A stretch of 64,000 bases of DNA from an uncultured Chloroflexia bacterium (GCA_963826225.1 CAWGWF010000006.1:28243-92242), one strand, 5' to 3'; counted from the stretch's first letter, positions 40,408 through 51,068 are shown. The notes: generated from the letters alone by a model not told the origin. Numbers and translations: made by a program.

Positions 40408-41316
40408 ATGGGGCAGGACATCGGCAACCCGACCGCGCTGCCCTCCGATCCGGAAGCGATCCTTCGGCTGCTGTCCGCGACGCTGGACGAGCTTCCGCCC
40501 CAGGTCCGCCGGGCGGCCACCTACGTCCTCGAGAACCCCGGCAAGATCGCCGTCTCGTCCATGCGCACCGTGGCCGACACGGCGGGGGTCAAGCCGAACA
40601 CGCTCGTGCGAATGGCCCGTGCCGTGGGGTTCCCGGCGTACGAGGAGTTCCGCGCGCCGTTCCGCGACCACGCCGCGGAGGGAGCGGTCTCATTTCCCGA
40701 CCGCGCGCGATTCCTCCAGGGGCTGGGACAGGGGACCAGCCACAGCGACGTGCTTGCCGGGATGGCCGGCGCCGCTCTTGCGAACCTCGAGACGATGTTC
40801 TCGGGCGTCTCCACGGCGTCCCTGTGCTCGGCTGCCGACCTCGTCAACCGCGCCGTCCACGCCTATGTCCTGGGCGTGGGGACGTCCAAGCCGCTGGCCG
40901 AGAACTTCGCCTATGTCGCCGGGATGGCGCTCGACAACGTCACGGCCATCCCGACGATCGGGCTCGCGATCGACGACGTGGGCCGAATGACCGGGCGTGA
41001 CGCCCTGGTCGCCATCACGTTCAGCCCCTTTCGGGTGGAGATCGTCGAGGCCGTCCGGCTCGCCGCAGCGCGGCGCGTCCCGATCATCGCCGTCACCAAC
41101 ACCCACGCGTCGCCGCTCATCCCGCTCGCTGAACACGCGTTCGTCGTCCCCAACGACTCGCCGCTGCCGTGGTCGTCGAACGTCGCCGCCACGGCGCTCC
41201 TCGAGACGATCCTCGCCTTCATGTTCGCCCGGTCCGAGGGGGATGTCGCCGGCGCGATCGACCGGTTCCACGCCAACCGGCGCGCCGTCGGCATCTACAC
41301 CGCCAACCCCGGCTGA
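40408..41316 (+). CDS. MurR/RpiR family transcriptional regulator
   Basis: HTH SMRTVADTAGVKPNTLVRMARAVGF plus SIS domain (AITFSPF, IAVTN, SPL). Confidence 0.9.
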   Translation: MGQDIGNPTALPSDPEAILRLLSATLDELPPQVRRAATYVLENPGKIAVSSMRTVADTAGVKPNTLVRMARAVGFPAYEEFRAPFRDHAAEGAVSFPDRARFLQGLGQGTSHSDVLAGMAGAALANLETMFSGVSTASLCSAADLVNRAVHAYVLGVGTSKPLAENFAYVAGMALDNVTAIPTIGLAIDDVGRMTGRDALVAITFSPFRVEIVEAVRLAAARRVPIIAVTNTHASPLIPLAEHAFVVPNDSPLPWSSNVAATALLETILAFMFARSEGDVAGAIDRFHANRRAVGIYTANPG

Positions 41317-41347
41317 CCAGCACCCGGCAGAGCCCGAAGGAGACCCG

Positions 41348-42460
41348 ATGCAGCTTGCCCACCCCGGACTCGCCGATCCCGAGTACTACGTCGCCGGCCT
41401 GCCGGCCGATTACGTTGCCACGCGCTATGGGATCGACCCCTCCCGGGTCTCCAAGCTGGGGTCGGCCGAGAACCCGTTCGGCGCGTCTCCCAAGGCGATC
41501 GAGGCCGTCTCCGGGGCGATGGGCAGGCTCCACCTGTACCCGACCTGGACCGCCCAGCCGCTGCGCGAGAAGATCGCCGCCGTGTACGGCTACTCCCCGG
41601 ACCAGGTCGTGTGCGGGTCGGGCGAGACCGAGGTGATCTCGCTTCTCATCCGGTCGTTCTCGGAGCCGGGTGGCGAGGTGCTGATGCCCGCGCCGTGCTT
41701 CCCGATCTACCACCTGTTCGCCGAGGCCGAGGGCCGCCAGGTGGTCCTGTCCCACCGCTCGACGAACCCGGCGACGATGGCCATCGACCTCGACGCGTAC
41801 ATCGCGGCGATCAAGCCCACGACCCAGATCGTGTTCCTCACCAACCCGCACAGCCCTTCGGGCACGTGGCTGGAGGAGGCCGACGTGCGGCGGGTGGTCG
41901 AGGCCGCGCCCAACGCCCTCGTTGTCCTGGACGAGGCGTACGTCCACTACAGCGAGACGCCGGGCTACATCCACCTCGCGCGCGAGTACGAGAACATCAT
42001 TGTGCTGCGCACGTTCTCCAAGGCGTTTGGCCTGGCCGGCCTGCGGATCGGCTTCGGCGTCGCGCCCGTCCCGGTCATCCGCGCCTTGCTGGCCGTGAAG
42101 CCGACCTGGAACATGGGCCAACTCCAGATCGCAGGCGGCATCGCCGCGCTCGACGACGACGCCCACGTGAACCGGACCGTGCAGGCGATCGTGGCCGGCC
42201 GTGCCCACGTGGCCGAGCGGTTCCGGACCCTCGACCGGTTCGAGATGATCCCGGGCAGCCGCTCGAACTTCTTCCTGATCCGGATCCTGGACCCGGCCAC
42301 GGACTCCACGAAGGTGTTCAACGGCCTGCTCGAGCGGGGGGTGATCGTCAAGGACGGCTCGGTCAGCTTCCGCGGGCTCGCGGACCGCTACCTGCGATCC
42401 GACGTGAACCTCCCGGAACACATGGACCGCCTGATCGCCGCGCTCTCCGACCTCCCGTGA
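41348..42460 (+). CDS. Histidinol-phosphate aminotransferase-like PLP enzyme
   Basis: KLGSAENPFG, GSGETE, TNPHSPSG, LDEAY, LRTFSKAFGLAGLRIG. Confidence 0.88.
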   Translation: MQLAHPGLADPEYYVAGLPADYVATRYGIDPSRVSKLGSAENPFGASPKAIEAVSGAMGRLHLYPTWTAQPLREKIAAVYGYSPDQVVCGSGETEVISLLIRSFSEPGGEVLMPAPCFPIYHLFAEAEGRQVVLSHRSTNPATMAIDLDAYIAAIKPTTQIVFLTNPHSPSGTWLEEADVRRVVEAAPNALVVLDEAYVHYSETPGYIHLAREYENIIVLRTFSKAFGLAGLRIGFGVAPVPVIRALLAVKPTWNMGQLQIAGGIAALDDDAHVNRTVQAIVAGRAHVAERFRTLDRFEMIPGSRSNFFLIRILDPATDSTKVFNGLLERGVIVKDGSVSFRGLADRYLRSDVNLPEHMDRLIAALSDLP

Positions 42461-43899
42461 CCGGCGCGCCGACTGCCTCGCGGGCACTCGCGGACTTCCT
42501 GGCCGGACTCCCGGGCCGGGTTGACGAGCGCGTCGTCGGACTGGCAGTGGACCGCCTCGTGGACACCGTCGGCGTGATCGTTCACGGGTCGCGGCAGCCG
42601 TGGTCGCGGGCTGTCGCGGCCCATGCCCTGGCCACCGGAGCCGACGGCGCGTCCACGCTCGTGGGTGTCGGCGCCGCGCGCTCGGCGCCGATGGCCGCCC
42701 TCGCCAACGGGGCAGCGGCACACGCGTTCGAGCTCGATGACGTGCACGAGGAGGCCATCAGCCACCCGGGCGCCGTGGTCGTGCCGGCGGCGCTCGCGCT
42801 GGCCGAGGAGACCGGCGCCTCGGGGCGCGACCTGCTCGAAGCCGTGGTGATCGGATACGAGGCCATGGGGCGGGCCGGCATCGCGGTCGGTCCCGCGTCG
42901 CACATGCTGCGCGGCTTCCACCCGACCTCGATGTCAGGGGTGTTCGGCGCCGCCGCGGCTGCCGGGCGCCTCCTCGGGTTCGACGGCGCCCGGCTGAATC
43001 ACGCCTTCGGCCTCGCGGCGTCGATGGCCTCCGGCACCATGGAATTCGCGGCCTCGGGCGGGATGGCAAAGCGCCTGCATGCCGGTCGAGCCGCCGAGGG
43101 CGGGCTGCTGGCCGCCCTGCTCGCCGCGCGCGGCCTCGAGGGTGCGGAGGACGGTCTCGCGGGCAGGTACGGGTTCTGTCGCGTGTTCACCGAGCAACCG
43201 CAGGTGGATCTGCTCACCGCCGGTCTCGGCTCGCGCTGGATGATCGACGAGATCACGACCAAGCCCTACGCCGCTTGCAGCGACATCCATCCCATGATCC
43301 AGGCGGCAATGGAGCTCCGGGAGAACCACCGACTCGACCCGGAGCAGGTGGTCTGGATCGAGGCCGAGGGACCCACGAAGGCCGCCGTCCAGAACAACCT
43401 GGACGGGACGACCTCGGTGATGGCGGCGCAATACTCCGCGCAGTTCAACATCGCGGCTGCCCTGCTGGCCGACCCGCGCGAACCGGCCACGTACGCTCCG
43501 GAGCGGATTGCCGACCCGCGCCTCGCAGCCATGCAGGCGCGCGTGCGCTCGGTCGCCCCGGCGCCGGAGTTCGACGCCACCTACGCGTGGAAGATGGGCG
43601 GCCGCGTCCGGATCGGCCTGGCCGACGGCCGCGTGCTCGAGCGCGAGGTTCACGGCCAGCTCGGGTCGATGCACGACCCGCTCGACAGCCGCCAGGTGGA
43701 CGACAAGTTCTCTCGCCTTGTCGATGCCGCCGGCGACCGAGCGGTGGCCGCGGGCCTGCTCGCCACGCTGCGCACCATCCACGGGGGTCGGGTGTCCGAC
43801 CTCACGCGACGCCTGCTGCGCGTGCCGCCGGGCGCGCCATCGGCCGGGGGCCAATACGAGATCGTAGGCCGCCGACCCGCGGCCAGAGGAGGCGACTGA
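42457..43899 (+). CDS. MmgE/PrpD family protein
   Basis: ANGAAAHAFELDDVH, HPG, GYE, GFHPT, KRLHAG, KPYAAC, AQYS. Confidence 0.9.
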   Translation: MTGAPTASRALADFLAGLPGRVDERVVGLAVDRLVDTVGVIVHGSRQPWSRAVAAHALATGADGASTLVGVGAARSAPMAALANGAAAHAFELDDVHEEAISHPGAVVVPAALALAEETGASGRDLLEAVVIGYEAMGRAGIAVGPASHMLRGFHPTSMSGVFGAAAAAGRLLGFDGARLNHAFGLAASMASGTMEFAASGGMAKRLHAGRAAEGGLLAALLAARGLEGAEDGLAGRYGFCRVFTEQPQVDLLTAGLGSRWMIDEITTKPYAACSDIHPMIQAAMELRENHRLDPEQVVWIEAEGPTKAAVQNNLDGTTSVMAAQYSAQFNIAAALLADPREPATYAPERIADPRLAAMQARVRSVAPAPEFDATYAWKMGGRVRIGLADGRVLEREVHGQLGSMHDPLDSRQVDDKFSRLVDAAGDRAVAAGLLATLRTIHGGRVSDLTRRLLRVPPGAPSAGGQYEIVGRRPAARGGD

Positions 43900-43900
43900 C

Positions 43901-46336
43901 ATGGTCACGAGCGCGCGGGTCGTGGTCGTCGGTGGCGGTGTCGTCGGCACCAGCGTCCTGTACCACCTGGCGGAGCGGGGATGGACGGACGCCGTGCTGT
44001 GCGAGAAGGACCAGTTGACCTCCGGGTCCACCTGGCACGCGGCGGGACACGTCATCGCCTACGGTCTCAACCCCGCCAACTGCCGCCTGAACGAATACAG
44101 CTGCCGCCTCTATGCCGACCTCGAACGGCGAACGGGACAGCCGTCGGGGTTCCACCAGGTGGGGAACCTGCGCTTGGCAACCGCCCCCGGCCGACTCGAC
44201 GAGTACCGCCGGTTCATCGGGCTGGCCGAGACGCTGGGCATCCAGGCCGAGCTCCTCGACGCCGATGGCGTCAAGGGCGTCTGGCCGCTCGTGGACACGA
44301 CCGGGCTCCTGGGCGGCCTGCTCACCCCGGAGGACGGTCACGCCGACCCGACGGCACTCACGATGGCGCTTGCGGCCGGAGCGCGCCAGTTGGGTGCCAC
44401 GATCCTCCAGGGGACGGAGGTGACGGGGTTCTCGGAGCGCCCCGGCGGCTGGCGCGTCCACACGAGCGGCGGCGAGATCGACTGCGAGCATGTCGTCTCG
44501 TGCAGCGGCAACCAGAGCCAGCAGGTCCTCGGCATGGTCGGCCTGCCGTCGCACGTGATCTCGATCCGGCACCAGTTTCTCGTCAGCGGCCCGATCCCGG
44601 CATTCGCCGAGCACCGCCGTCTCGGCCTGCCCGAGATGCCCGTCATGCGTGATCCAGAGCAGCTGTTCTACGTCCGGCCCGAGGTGGACGGGGTGGTGCT
44701 CGGGTTCTTCGGCGGGCGCGGCGAGTCCGTGTTCATGAACGGAGTCCCACGGAACTTCGTCCGGGCGCTGCTCGGGCCCGACATGGAGGCCCTCCTGCCG
44801 TACGCGGTCGCCGCCGCCGAGCGCGTCCCCGCGCTCGAGGATCTCGAGATCCGGAGCATCGTCAACGGGCCCATGCCGTACTCGCCCGACGATCTCCCGA
44901 TGGTCGGGCCCGTGCCGGGCCGTCGGAACTTCTGGCAGGCCGAGGGGACGCCCAATGGCATCACCCTGGCAGGCGGCATCGGCTGGCAGCTGGCGACGTG
45001 GATCACGGAGGGCGAGCCCTCGATCGACCTTGGTGCGCTCGACCCGCGCAGGTTCGGCTCCCACGCCACCCGCACCTGGAGCGCCCGCAAGACCGAGGAG
45101 GCCAACGAGCGGACCTACCAGGTGCCCCTGCCCGACGAGGAGATGGCAGCCGGTCGCCCGCTCAAGACCACGCCGATCCACGACATCCTGGCGGCGCGCG
45201 GCGCCGTGTTCGGTGAGGTGCACGGCTGGGAGCGCCCCAACTGGTTCGCGCCCGCGGGTACCGAGCCGGTGGAGCGGTACGGCTTCCGAGAGCAGTCGTG
45301 GGGCGATCATGTCGCCCGGGAGTGCGCCGCCATCCGGGGCGGCCTCTCGGCGGCCGACGTGTCCCACGGCGCCAGGATCGAGGTGGCGGGCCCCGGCGCG
45401 CGGCCGCTGCTCGAGCTGCTGGTGCGGCCGGCCGTCCCCGACGCCGGCCACGCCGCGAACGCCTGGATCCCGACCGGGCGCGAGACCGTCGCCCTGATGA
45501 TCGGCATCCAGGCCGACGCGGACGACCGGTTCGTCGTCAGCTCCGCGGCCGGCTCGGAGCGCCTCTGCCGCGACCTGATCGATCGGGCCGCGGGCGGCCG
45601 ATCCGACGTCCGCCTGGCGGACCTCACGGGACGCGAGGGGTGCCTGCTCCTGTCCGGGCCCGCGGCGCCGGCGATCCTGCGGGGTCTGTCGCGGTCCGAC
45701 ATCCGCGACCTGGACCCGGTCGAGTTCGACGAGCGGCGATTCCCGGTGGGCGCGCTGCGCCACGTCCTCGTGAACTTCGCGCCGGTGCTCGCCGTCAGAA
45801 CCGACGCCTTCGGGCAGCCGGCGTGGGAGTTGCACACCGCGTCGGAGTTCCTGCGCCACGTCTTCCTCGAGGTGGCGGCTGCCGCCGACGGCCTGATGCT
45901 CGTCGGCGCACGATCCCTCGAGGCGATGCGCCTCGAGCTTCGAGCACCAGCGTGGGGACGGGAGATCGACGGCGACACGATGCTCGCCACCGACGGCTGT
46001 GCGCGTCGGGGGGACGAGCCCTGGCCTGTCGGTCTCCACAGGGCAGGCAAGCCGGCCGGCCCTGTTCGCCGCCGGCTCGCGTCGGTACGCTTGGATGCCG
46101 CCCCGCCGTTCCCGCTCTCCTCCAGCCAGCCGATCCGCGAACCCTCCGGCCGACTCGTCGGCGTCGCCACATCGGCGGGCGTGGACACGTCGTCAGGCCT
46201 CGGCGTGGCGCTGGGCTACCTCGACCCCGACGTCGAACCCGGCGACGCCGTGACCCTCACCGCCCTCGGCCAGCGCCTGCCCGCCGTCGTCGAGCGCTGG
46301 CTGCCCAACCCCTACGCCGCCCCGTCCAAGCCGTAG
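43901..46336 (+). CDS. FAD + GcvT-type flavoprotein #3 with degenerate folate-binding domain
   Basis: VGGGVVG, SGSTWHAAG, HQF, NGPMPYSPD and GWERPNW intact; C-terminal GcvT motifs diverged. Confidence 0.88.
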   Translation: MVTSARVVVVGGGVVGTSVLYHLAERGWTDAVLCEKDQLTSGSTWHAAGHVIAYGLNPANCRLNEYSCRLYADLERRTGQPSGFHQVGNLRLATAPGRLDEYRRFIGLAETLGIQAELLDADGVKGVWPLVDTTGLLGGLLTPEDGHADPTALTMALAAGARQLGATILQGTEVTGFSERPGGWRVHTSGGEIDCEHVVSCSGNQSQQVLGMVGLPSHVISIRHQFLVSGPIPAFAEHRRLGLPEMPVMRDPEQLFYVRPEVDGVVLGFFGGRGESVFMNGVPRNFVRALLGPDMEALLPYAVAAAERVPALEDLEIRSIVNGPMPYSPDDLPMVGPVPGRRNFWQAEGTPNGITLAGGIGWQLATWITEGEPSIDLGALDPRRFGSHATRTWSARKTEEANERTYQVPLPDEEMAAGRPLKTTPIHDILAARGAVFGEVHGWERPNWFAPAGTEPVERYGFREQSWGDHVARECAAIRGGLSAADVSHGARIEVAGPGARPLLELLVRPAVPDAGHAANAWIPTGRETVALMIGIQADADDRFVVSSAAGSERLCRDLIDRAAGGRSDVRLADLTGREGCLLLSGPAAPAILRGLSRSDIRDLDPVEFDERRFPVGALRHVLVNFAPVLAVRTDAFGQPAWELHTASEFLRHVFLEVAAAADGLMLVGARSLEAMRLELRAPAWGREIDGDTMLATDGCARRGDEPWPVGLHRAGKPAGPVRRRLASVRLDAAPPFPLSSSQPIREPSGRLVGVATSAGVDTSSGLGVALGYLDPDVEPGDAVTLTALGQRLPAVVERWLPNPYAAPSKP

Positions 46337-46358
46337 CCGCACGACCGGAGGACCCGCG

Positions 46359-47816
46359 ATGACCACGACCGATCTTCCGTACACCAGGAACTTCATCGGC
46401 GGCACCTGGGTGGATGCCGCCGACGGCCGCCGCATGGTGACGAGCGACCCGGCCACCACAGCACCGATCGCCGAGGTGGCGCGCTCGTCGGCCGCCGATG
46501 TCGACCGCGCGGTTGCCGGCGCTCGCGCCGCCGTCCGGGCCCGGACGTGGTCGGGCATGCGGCCGCTCGCGCGGGGACGGGTGCTGGCCGAGATGAGTCG
46601 CATCCTGCGATCACGCAAGGAGGAGTACGCCCGCCAGCTGACGTTCGACTGCGGCAAGCGGATCTCCGAGGGGCGGGCCGAGATCGAAGGCGCCGCCCGG
46701 TACCTCGAGTACTACGGCGGGCTGGCCGCGGCGTTGGAAGGGAGGTACATCCCGCTCGGCGACGGGTACATGGACTTCGTGGTGCCCGTCCCGCACGGCG
46801 TGACCGCCCACGTCATCCCGTGGAACTACCCCGCGGGCATGGTGGCGCGATCCCTCTCACCGGCGCTCGCCGCCGGCAACACCGCGGTTGTCAAGACGCC
46901 GTCGCTGGACCCGCTGTCGGCGTTCATCTTCGCGGCGGCCGCGCTCGAGGCAGGCCTGCCCGAGGGCGTGCTCAACATCGTGTCCGGCGCCGGCTCCGAG
47001 GCGGGCGCTGCCCTGGTCTCCCACCCGGACATCGACCACATCGTGTTCACGGGCTCGACCGAGGTCGGCCGCTCGATCATGCACGCCGCGGCGGACCGGG
47101 CCGTACCCGTGATCCTGGAGCTGGGCGGCAAGTCGGCAGGCATCGTCTTCGCGGATGCGGACATGGAGAACCTGGAAGCCAGCATCGTCGGCGGCCTGTT
47201 CGAGAACTCCGGCCAGGTCTGCGACTCGATGACGCGCCTGATCGTTGAGGACGCAGCCTACGATGAGGTCGTGGAGCGTGCCACGACCCTCGTGGCGGAG
47301 TTCTCGGTGGGCCCCGGCATCGACGACGCTCAGATCACACCCCTCATTTCGGCCGAGCACCTCGATACGGTCGAGGGCTTCGCCTTTCGCGCGAGGGACT
47401 ACGGCGCCCGGATCACCACCGGCGGCGCCCGCCGCGCCGACCTGCCGGGCCACTTCATGGCGCCGACCGTCGCCGCCGACGTGACGCCCGAGATGGAGCT
47501 CAACCGGTCGGAGGTCTTCGGCCCGGTGCTGACGATCCTGCGGTTCTCGACGGCCAGCGAGGCCGTGGAGATCGCGAACGGCACGGACTACGGCCTCGCG
47601 GGTGGTGTGTTCACGGCCGACCTCGACCGGGCCCTGTGGTGCGCCGAGCGCCTCGAGGCGGGACAGGTCCACGTCAACGAGTGGGGCGTCGGTGGAGTCG
47701 AGACGCCGTTCGGCGGCTTCAAGCAGTCCGGCCTCGGTCGGGAGAAGGGCCTGGAATCGCTCGAGAGCTACACGCAATCCAAGAACGTCGGCATCCGCCG
47801 GCTCACGAACCCCTGA
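46359..47816 (+). CDS. Aldehyde dehydrogenase
   Basis: PWNYP, FTGSTEVG, LELGGKS, GQVC, EVFGP, PFGGFKQSGLGRE. Confidence 0.95.
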   Translation: MTTTDLPYTRNFIGGTWVDAADGRRMVTSDPATTAPIAEVARSSAADVDRAVAGARAAVRARTWSGMRPLARGRVLAEMSRILRSRKEEYARQLTFDCGKRISEGRAEIEGAARYLEYYGGLAAALEGRYIPLGDGYMDFVVPVPHGVTAHVIPWNYPAGMVARSLSPALAAGNTAVVKTPSLDPLSAFIFAAAALEAGLPEGVLNIVSGAGSEAGAALVSHPDIDHIVFTGSTEVGRSIMHAAADRAVPVILELGGKSAGIVFADADMENLEASIVGGLFENSGQVCDSMTRLIVEDAAYDEVVERATTLVAEFSVGPGIDDAQITPLISAEHLDTVEGFAFRARDYGARITTGGARRADLPGHFMAPTVAADVTPEMELNRSEVFGPVLTILRFSTASEAVEIANGTDYGLAGGVFTADLDRALWCAERLEAGQVHVNEWGVGGVETPFGGFKQSGLGREKGLESLESYTQSKNVGIRRLTNP

Positions 47817-47825
47817 GGTCGCGTC

Positions 47826-48560
47826 ATGGGCAAGGTCTACACCGTCGGACGGGGCCAGGACGTCAGCGGCATCCCGCTCGGCGTGATCGTCATGGACGAC
47901 TACATCCCATACCCGCCCGGCACGCCCGGCAATGCCCGGACGTTCGACCACCCGGTGCTGTACTCGGTGGTCCGCGGCGCGGACATGGAGAACCTCATCT
48001 ACAACCCGAAGCCCGAGCTGACGGAGCGGTTCCTCGAGGCCGGGCACGAGCTCGTCCGGCAGGGCGTGCAGGCGGTGACGGGCAACTGCGGCTTCATGAT
48101 CCTCTTCCAGGACCAGCTGGCGGCCGACCTACCGGTACCGGTCTTCATGTCGAGCCTGCTCCAGCTTCCGTGGATCGCGGCCGCGCTCCGGCCGGGGCAG
48201 CGGATCGGGGTGCTCACGGCCTCGGGGCAGTCGCTGACACCGCGCCACCTGGAGATCGCCACCCGGGGCGCCCCGGTTGACATCGTGGTCCGCGGGCTCG
48301 AGCACGGGCCTGCCTTCAAGGCGGCGATCCACGACCAGGTCGGCACGCTGGACTTCGACGCCGTCGAGGCCGAGGCGGTTGCGGCGGCCATGGACATCGT
48401 CCGGACGGAGGGCGACATCGGCGCGATCCTGTTCGAGTGCACGGATCTGCCGCCGTACGCCCACGCGGTCCAGCAGGCGACCGGCCTGCCGGTGTTCGAC
48501 ATCACGACCCTGATCAAGTTCGCGATGGCGGGCTTGGAGCGGCGACCCTTCGGCGTGTAG
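47826..48560 (+). CDS. Asp/Glu/hydantoin racemase family protein
   Basis: PGNARTF, TGNCGF, SSLLQ, LFECTDLPPY (both Cys retained). Confidence 0.85.
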   Translation: MGKVYTVGRGQDVSGIPLGVIVMDDYIPYPPGTPGNARTFDHPVLYSVVRGADMENLIYNPKPELTERFLEAGHELVRQGVQAVTGNCGFMILFQDQLAADLPVPVFMSSLLQLPWIAAALRPGQRIGVLTASGQSLTPRHLEIATRGAPVDIVVRGLEHGPAFKAAIHDQVGTLDFDAVEAEAVAAAMDIVRTEGDIGAILFECTDLPPYAHAVQQATGLPVFDITTLIKFAMAGLERRPFGV

Positions 48561-48624
48561 CGGCGGCCACCCGGAGCGAACCGCACCCCGGAGCGAGCGC
48601 GCCGCGGCTGGATCGTGCCGCGCG

Positions 48625-51045
48625 TCAGGCCTTGACGCGCACGTTCTGCGGGTCGTAGATCGGGCCGGCCAGCACCGTCGCCGCCCGGCGGTCGCCCAGC
48701 AGGGCCACCTCGAGCGCCGTCCCGGCCGCATCGAAGCCGCTGTCCACATACGCGAACGCGAGGCTGGTACCGGTGGCGTGCCCGTAGCCGCCCGAGGTCG
48801 TCACCCCGATCGCCCGATCGCCCGAGAACACCGGCTCGCCGCCGGCGACGTCGAAGTCCACCGCGTCCACGGACAGGCAGACCAGGTGGGTCGTCGCCCC
48901 CCTGGCCATGGCGGCCTCGACCGCCGCGCGGCCGCGGAAGTCATGGTCCAGCTTGACGAACCGCATGTGGTTCGCCTCGACCGGCGTGACCTCGTTGGTC
49001 AGCTCGGAGCCGAGGCCCGCGTACGCCTTCTCCATGCGCAGGCTGTTCATCGCGTACAGCCCGAAGTCGGCGATGCCCAGCGGCTCGCCGGCCGCCCACA
49101 CGGCGTCGTACAGCGCGACGGCGTCGGCCATCCGGACGTGGAGCTCCCAGCCCAGCTCGCCGACGTAGTTGACACGCAGGGCCCGCACGCCGATGCCGGC
49201 GACCTCGATCTCCTGGCCCGTCAGCCACGGGAAGGCCCCGTTGCCCAGGTCCGCCGAGGTCAGCGTCGCCAGCAGGTCCCGTGACCGCGGCCCGGCCACG
49301 ATGAGCACGGTCCACTGCTCGGTCAGGTCCTCGATCGTGACGTCCTCGCCGTCGCCCACCTCGGCGCGCAGCAGGTCCCCATCCCGCTCGTGCGCGGTCG
49401 AGGCCGAGAGCAGCATGTACCGGTCGGCGGCGATGCGGGTGACCGTGAACTCGGTCACGTAGCGGCCGTTCTCGGACAGGGCGTGGGCGAGCACGATCCC
49501 GCCGACGCGCCCCGGCATCCGGTTGGCGCACAGGCGGTTGAGCACCGTCTCGGCGTCGCGCCCGGACACGTCGTACCGGGTGAAGCCCGGCAGCTCCATC
49601 ACGCCCACCCGCTCGCGGACCGCCGCGCATTCGGCGGCCATGACCGGGAACGTGTTGTTGCGGCGGAAGGTGCCTTCCTCATCGGCTCCGTCGGGTGAGA
49701 ACCACTTCGGTCGCTCCCAGCCGAAGCCCTCGGTGAACACGCAGCCCTTGGCCAGCAGCCGGTCGTACAGCGGCGAGGCCTTCGCCGGGCGACCCTCCGG
49801 CCGCTCCTCGCCGGGCGGGATCAGGCGGTACATGTCCCAGTACTCGCGGTGGGCCTTGGCCGAGGCGTACTCCTGATCGCAGAAGTCGCCATAGCGCCGC
49901 GGGTCCATGCCCGCCATGTTGATCTCGGCGTCGCCGTGGACCATCCACTGCGCGAGGTACTTGCCGCACCCGGGGCCCTGGGCGATGCCGATGCCCGTCC
50001 CGGTGGCCAGCCAGAAGTTGCGCACCCCTGCGGCGGGCCCGACCAGCGGGTTGCTGTCCGGGGTGTGCGAGATCGCCCCGTTGACGACCTTCTTGATGCC
50101 GGCGTCGGCGAAGATCGGCATCCGCTCCATGACCCGCTCGAGGTAGGGCGTGATCCGGTCGAACTGGGCCTCGAACAGCTCGTAGGTGGACTCCCAGGGC
50201 GGCCCGCCCTGTGCCTTCCAGGCCTCCTCCGTGTCGCTGCCCTCGTAGATGCCGATCAGCCCCGACTCCTGCTCCTGGCGGTAATAGGAGGAGCAGTGCG
50301 GGTCGCGCATCACCGGGATCTCGCCGTCGCGGCCCAGGAACTCCTTGACCGGCCCGGTGACCACGTACTGGTGCTTCATGTTGGCGAACCGCGTGGTGAC
50401 ACCGAGCCAGGCGCTCACCCGGTCGGCGTAGCAGCCGGCGGCGTTGACGACGTGCTCGCAGGTGATGTCGCCCTGCTCGGTGGACACGCGGAACTCGCCG
50501 GAGGGGAGCTGCTCGACGCCGAGCACCCGGTTGTGGCGCACGATCGTGGCGCCCAGACCCCGGGCCGCCTTGGCCATCGCGTTGCACGAGCTCGAGGGAT
50601 CCACGTAGCCATCGTCCAGCGTCCAGGCCCCGGCCAGCACCCCCTCCGTGGTCACGAACGGGTTGATCCGCCGGATCTCCTCGGGGCTGATGACCTGCAT
50701 CCGGAAGCCGATGTTGGCAGCCACGCCCTCGACGCGCTTGAAGTGGTCCAGCTCCAGCTGGTTGGTCGCGAAGCGGATTCCGCCGGTCGCGTGCCAGCCG
50801 GTGGCCTCCCCGGTCATCGCCTCCAGCCTGGCGTACAGGTCGTTGCTGTAGGCGTGGACCTTGGCCAGGTTGTAGTTGGCGATGAAGCTGGGGCACTGGC
50901 CTGCTGCATGCCACGTCGAGCCCGACGTCAGCTCCCCCTTCTCGACCAGGATCGTGTCGGTCCAGCCCTCCTCGGCGAGGCCGTACAGGAGCCCGATCCC
51001 CATGACGCCGCCGCCGATGATGACGACCCGTGCCGTTGACCGCAT
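48625..51045 (-). CDS. Dimethylglycine dehydrogenase-like FAD + GcvT flavoprotein #4
   Basis: IGGGVMG, SGSTWHAAG, KHQY, HTPD, GWERPKW, YVGELGWELH, SLRMEKAY, YDPQN. Confidence 0.92.
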   Translation of the reverse strand: MRSTARVVIIGGGVMGIGLLYGLAEEGWTDTILVEKGELTSGSTWHAAGQCPSFIANYNLAKVHAYSNDLYARLEAMTGEATGWHATGGIRFATNQLELDHFKRVEGVAANIGFRMQVISPEEIRRINPFVTTEGVLAGAWTLDDGYVDPSSSCNAMAKAARGLGATIVRHNRVLGVEQLPSGEFRVSTEQGDITCEHVVNAAGCYADRVSAWLGVTTRFANMKHQYVVTGPVKEFLGRDGEIPVMRDPHCSSYYRQEQESGLIGIYEGSDTEEAWKAQGGPPWESTYELFEAQFDRITPYLERVMERMPIFADAGIKKVVNGAISHTPDSNPLVGPAAGVRNFWLATGTGIGIAQGPGCGKYLAQWMVHGDAEINMAGMDPRRYGDFCDQEYASAKAHREYWDMYRLIPPGEERPEGRPAKASPLYDRLLAKGCVFTEGFGWERPKWFSPDGADEEGTFRRNNTFPVMAAECAAVRERVGVMELPGFTRYDVSGRDAETVLNRLCANRMPGRVGGIVLAHALSENGRYVTEFTVTRIAADRYMLLSASTAHERDGDLLRAEVGDGEDVTIEDLTEQWTVLIVAGPRSRDLLATLTSADLGNGAFPWLTGQEIEVAGIGVRALRVNYVGELGWELHVRMADAVALYDAVWAAGEPLGIADFGLYAMNSLRMEKAYAGLGSELTNEVTPVEANHMRFVKLDHDFRGRAAVEAAMARGATTHLVCLSVDAVDFDVAGGEPVFSGDRAIGVTTSGGYGHATGTSLAFAYVDSGFDAAGTALEVALLGDRRAATVLAGPIYDPQNVRVKA

Positions 51046-51068
51046 CTCGTCTCCTCCCGGTTCTTCAG

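Noticed and set aside
41348-42460. Calling this gene hisC and 15909-16610 hisA as a split histidine pathway
   Set aside because: Catabolic context for the aminotransferase and altered motifs in the HisA-like protein argue for paralogs
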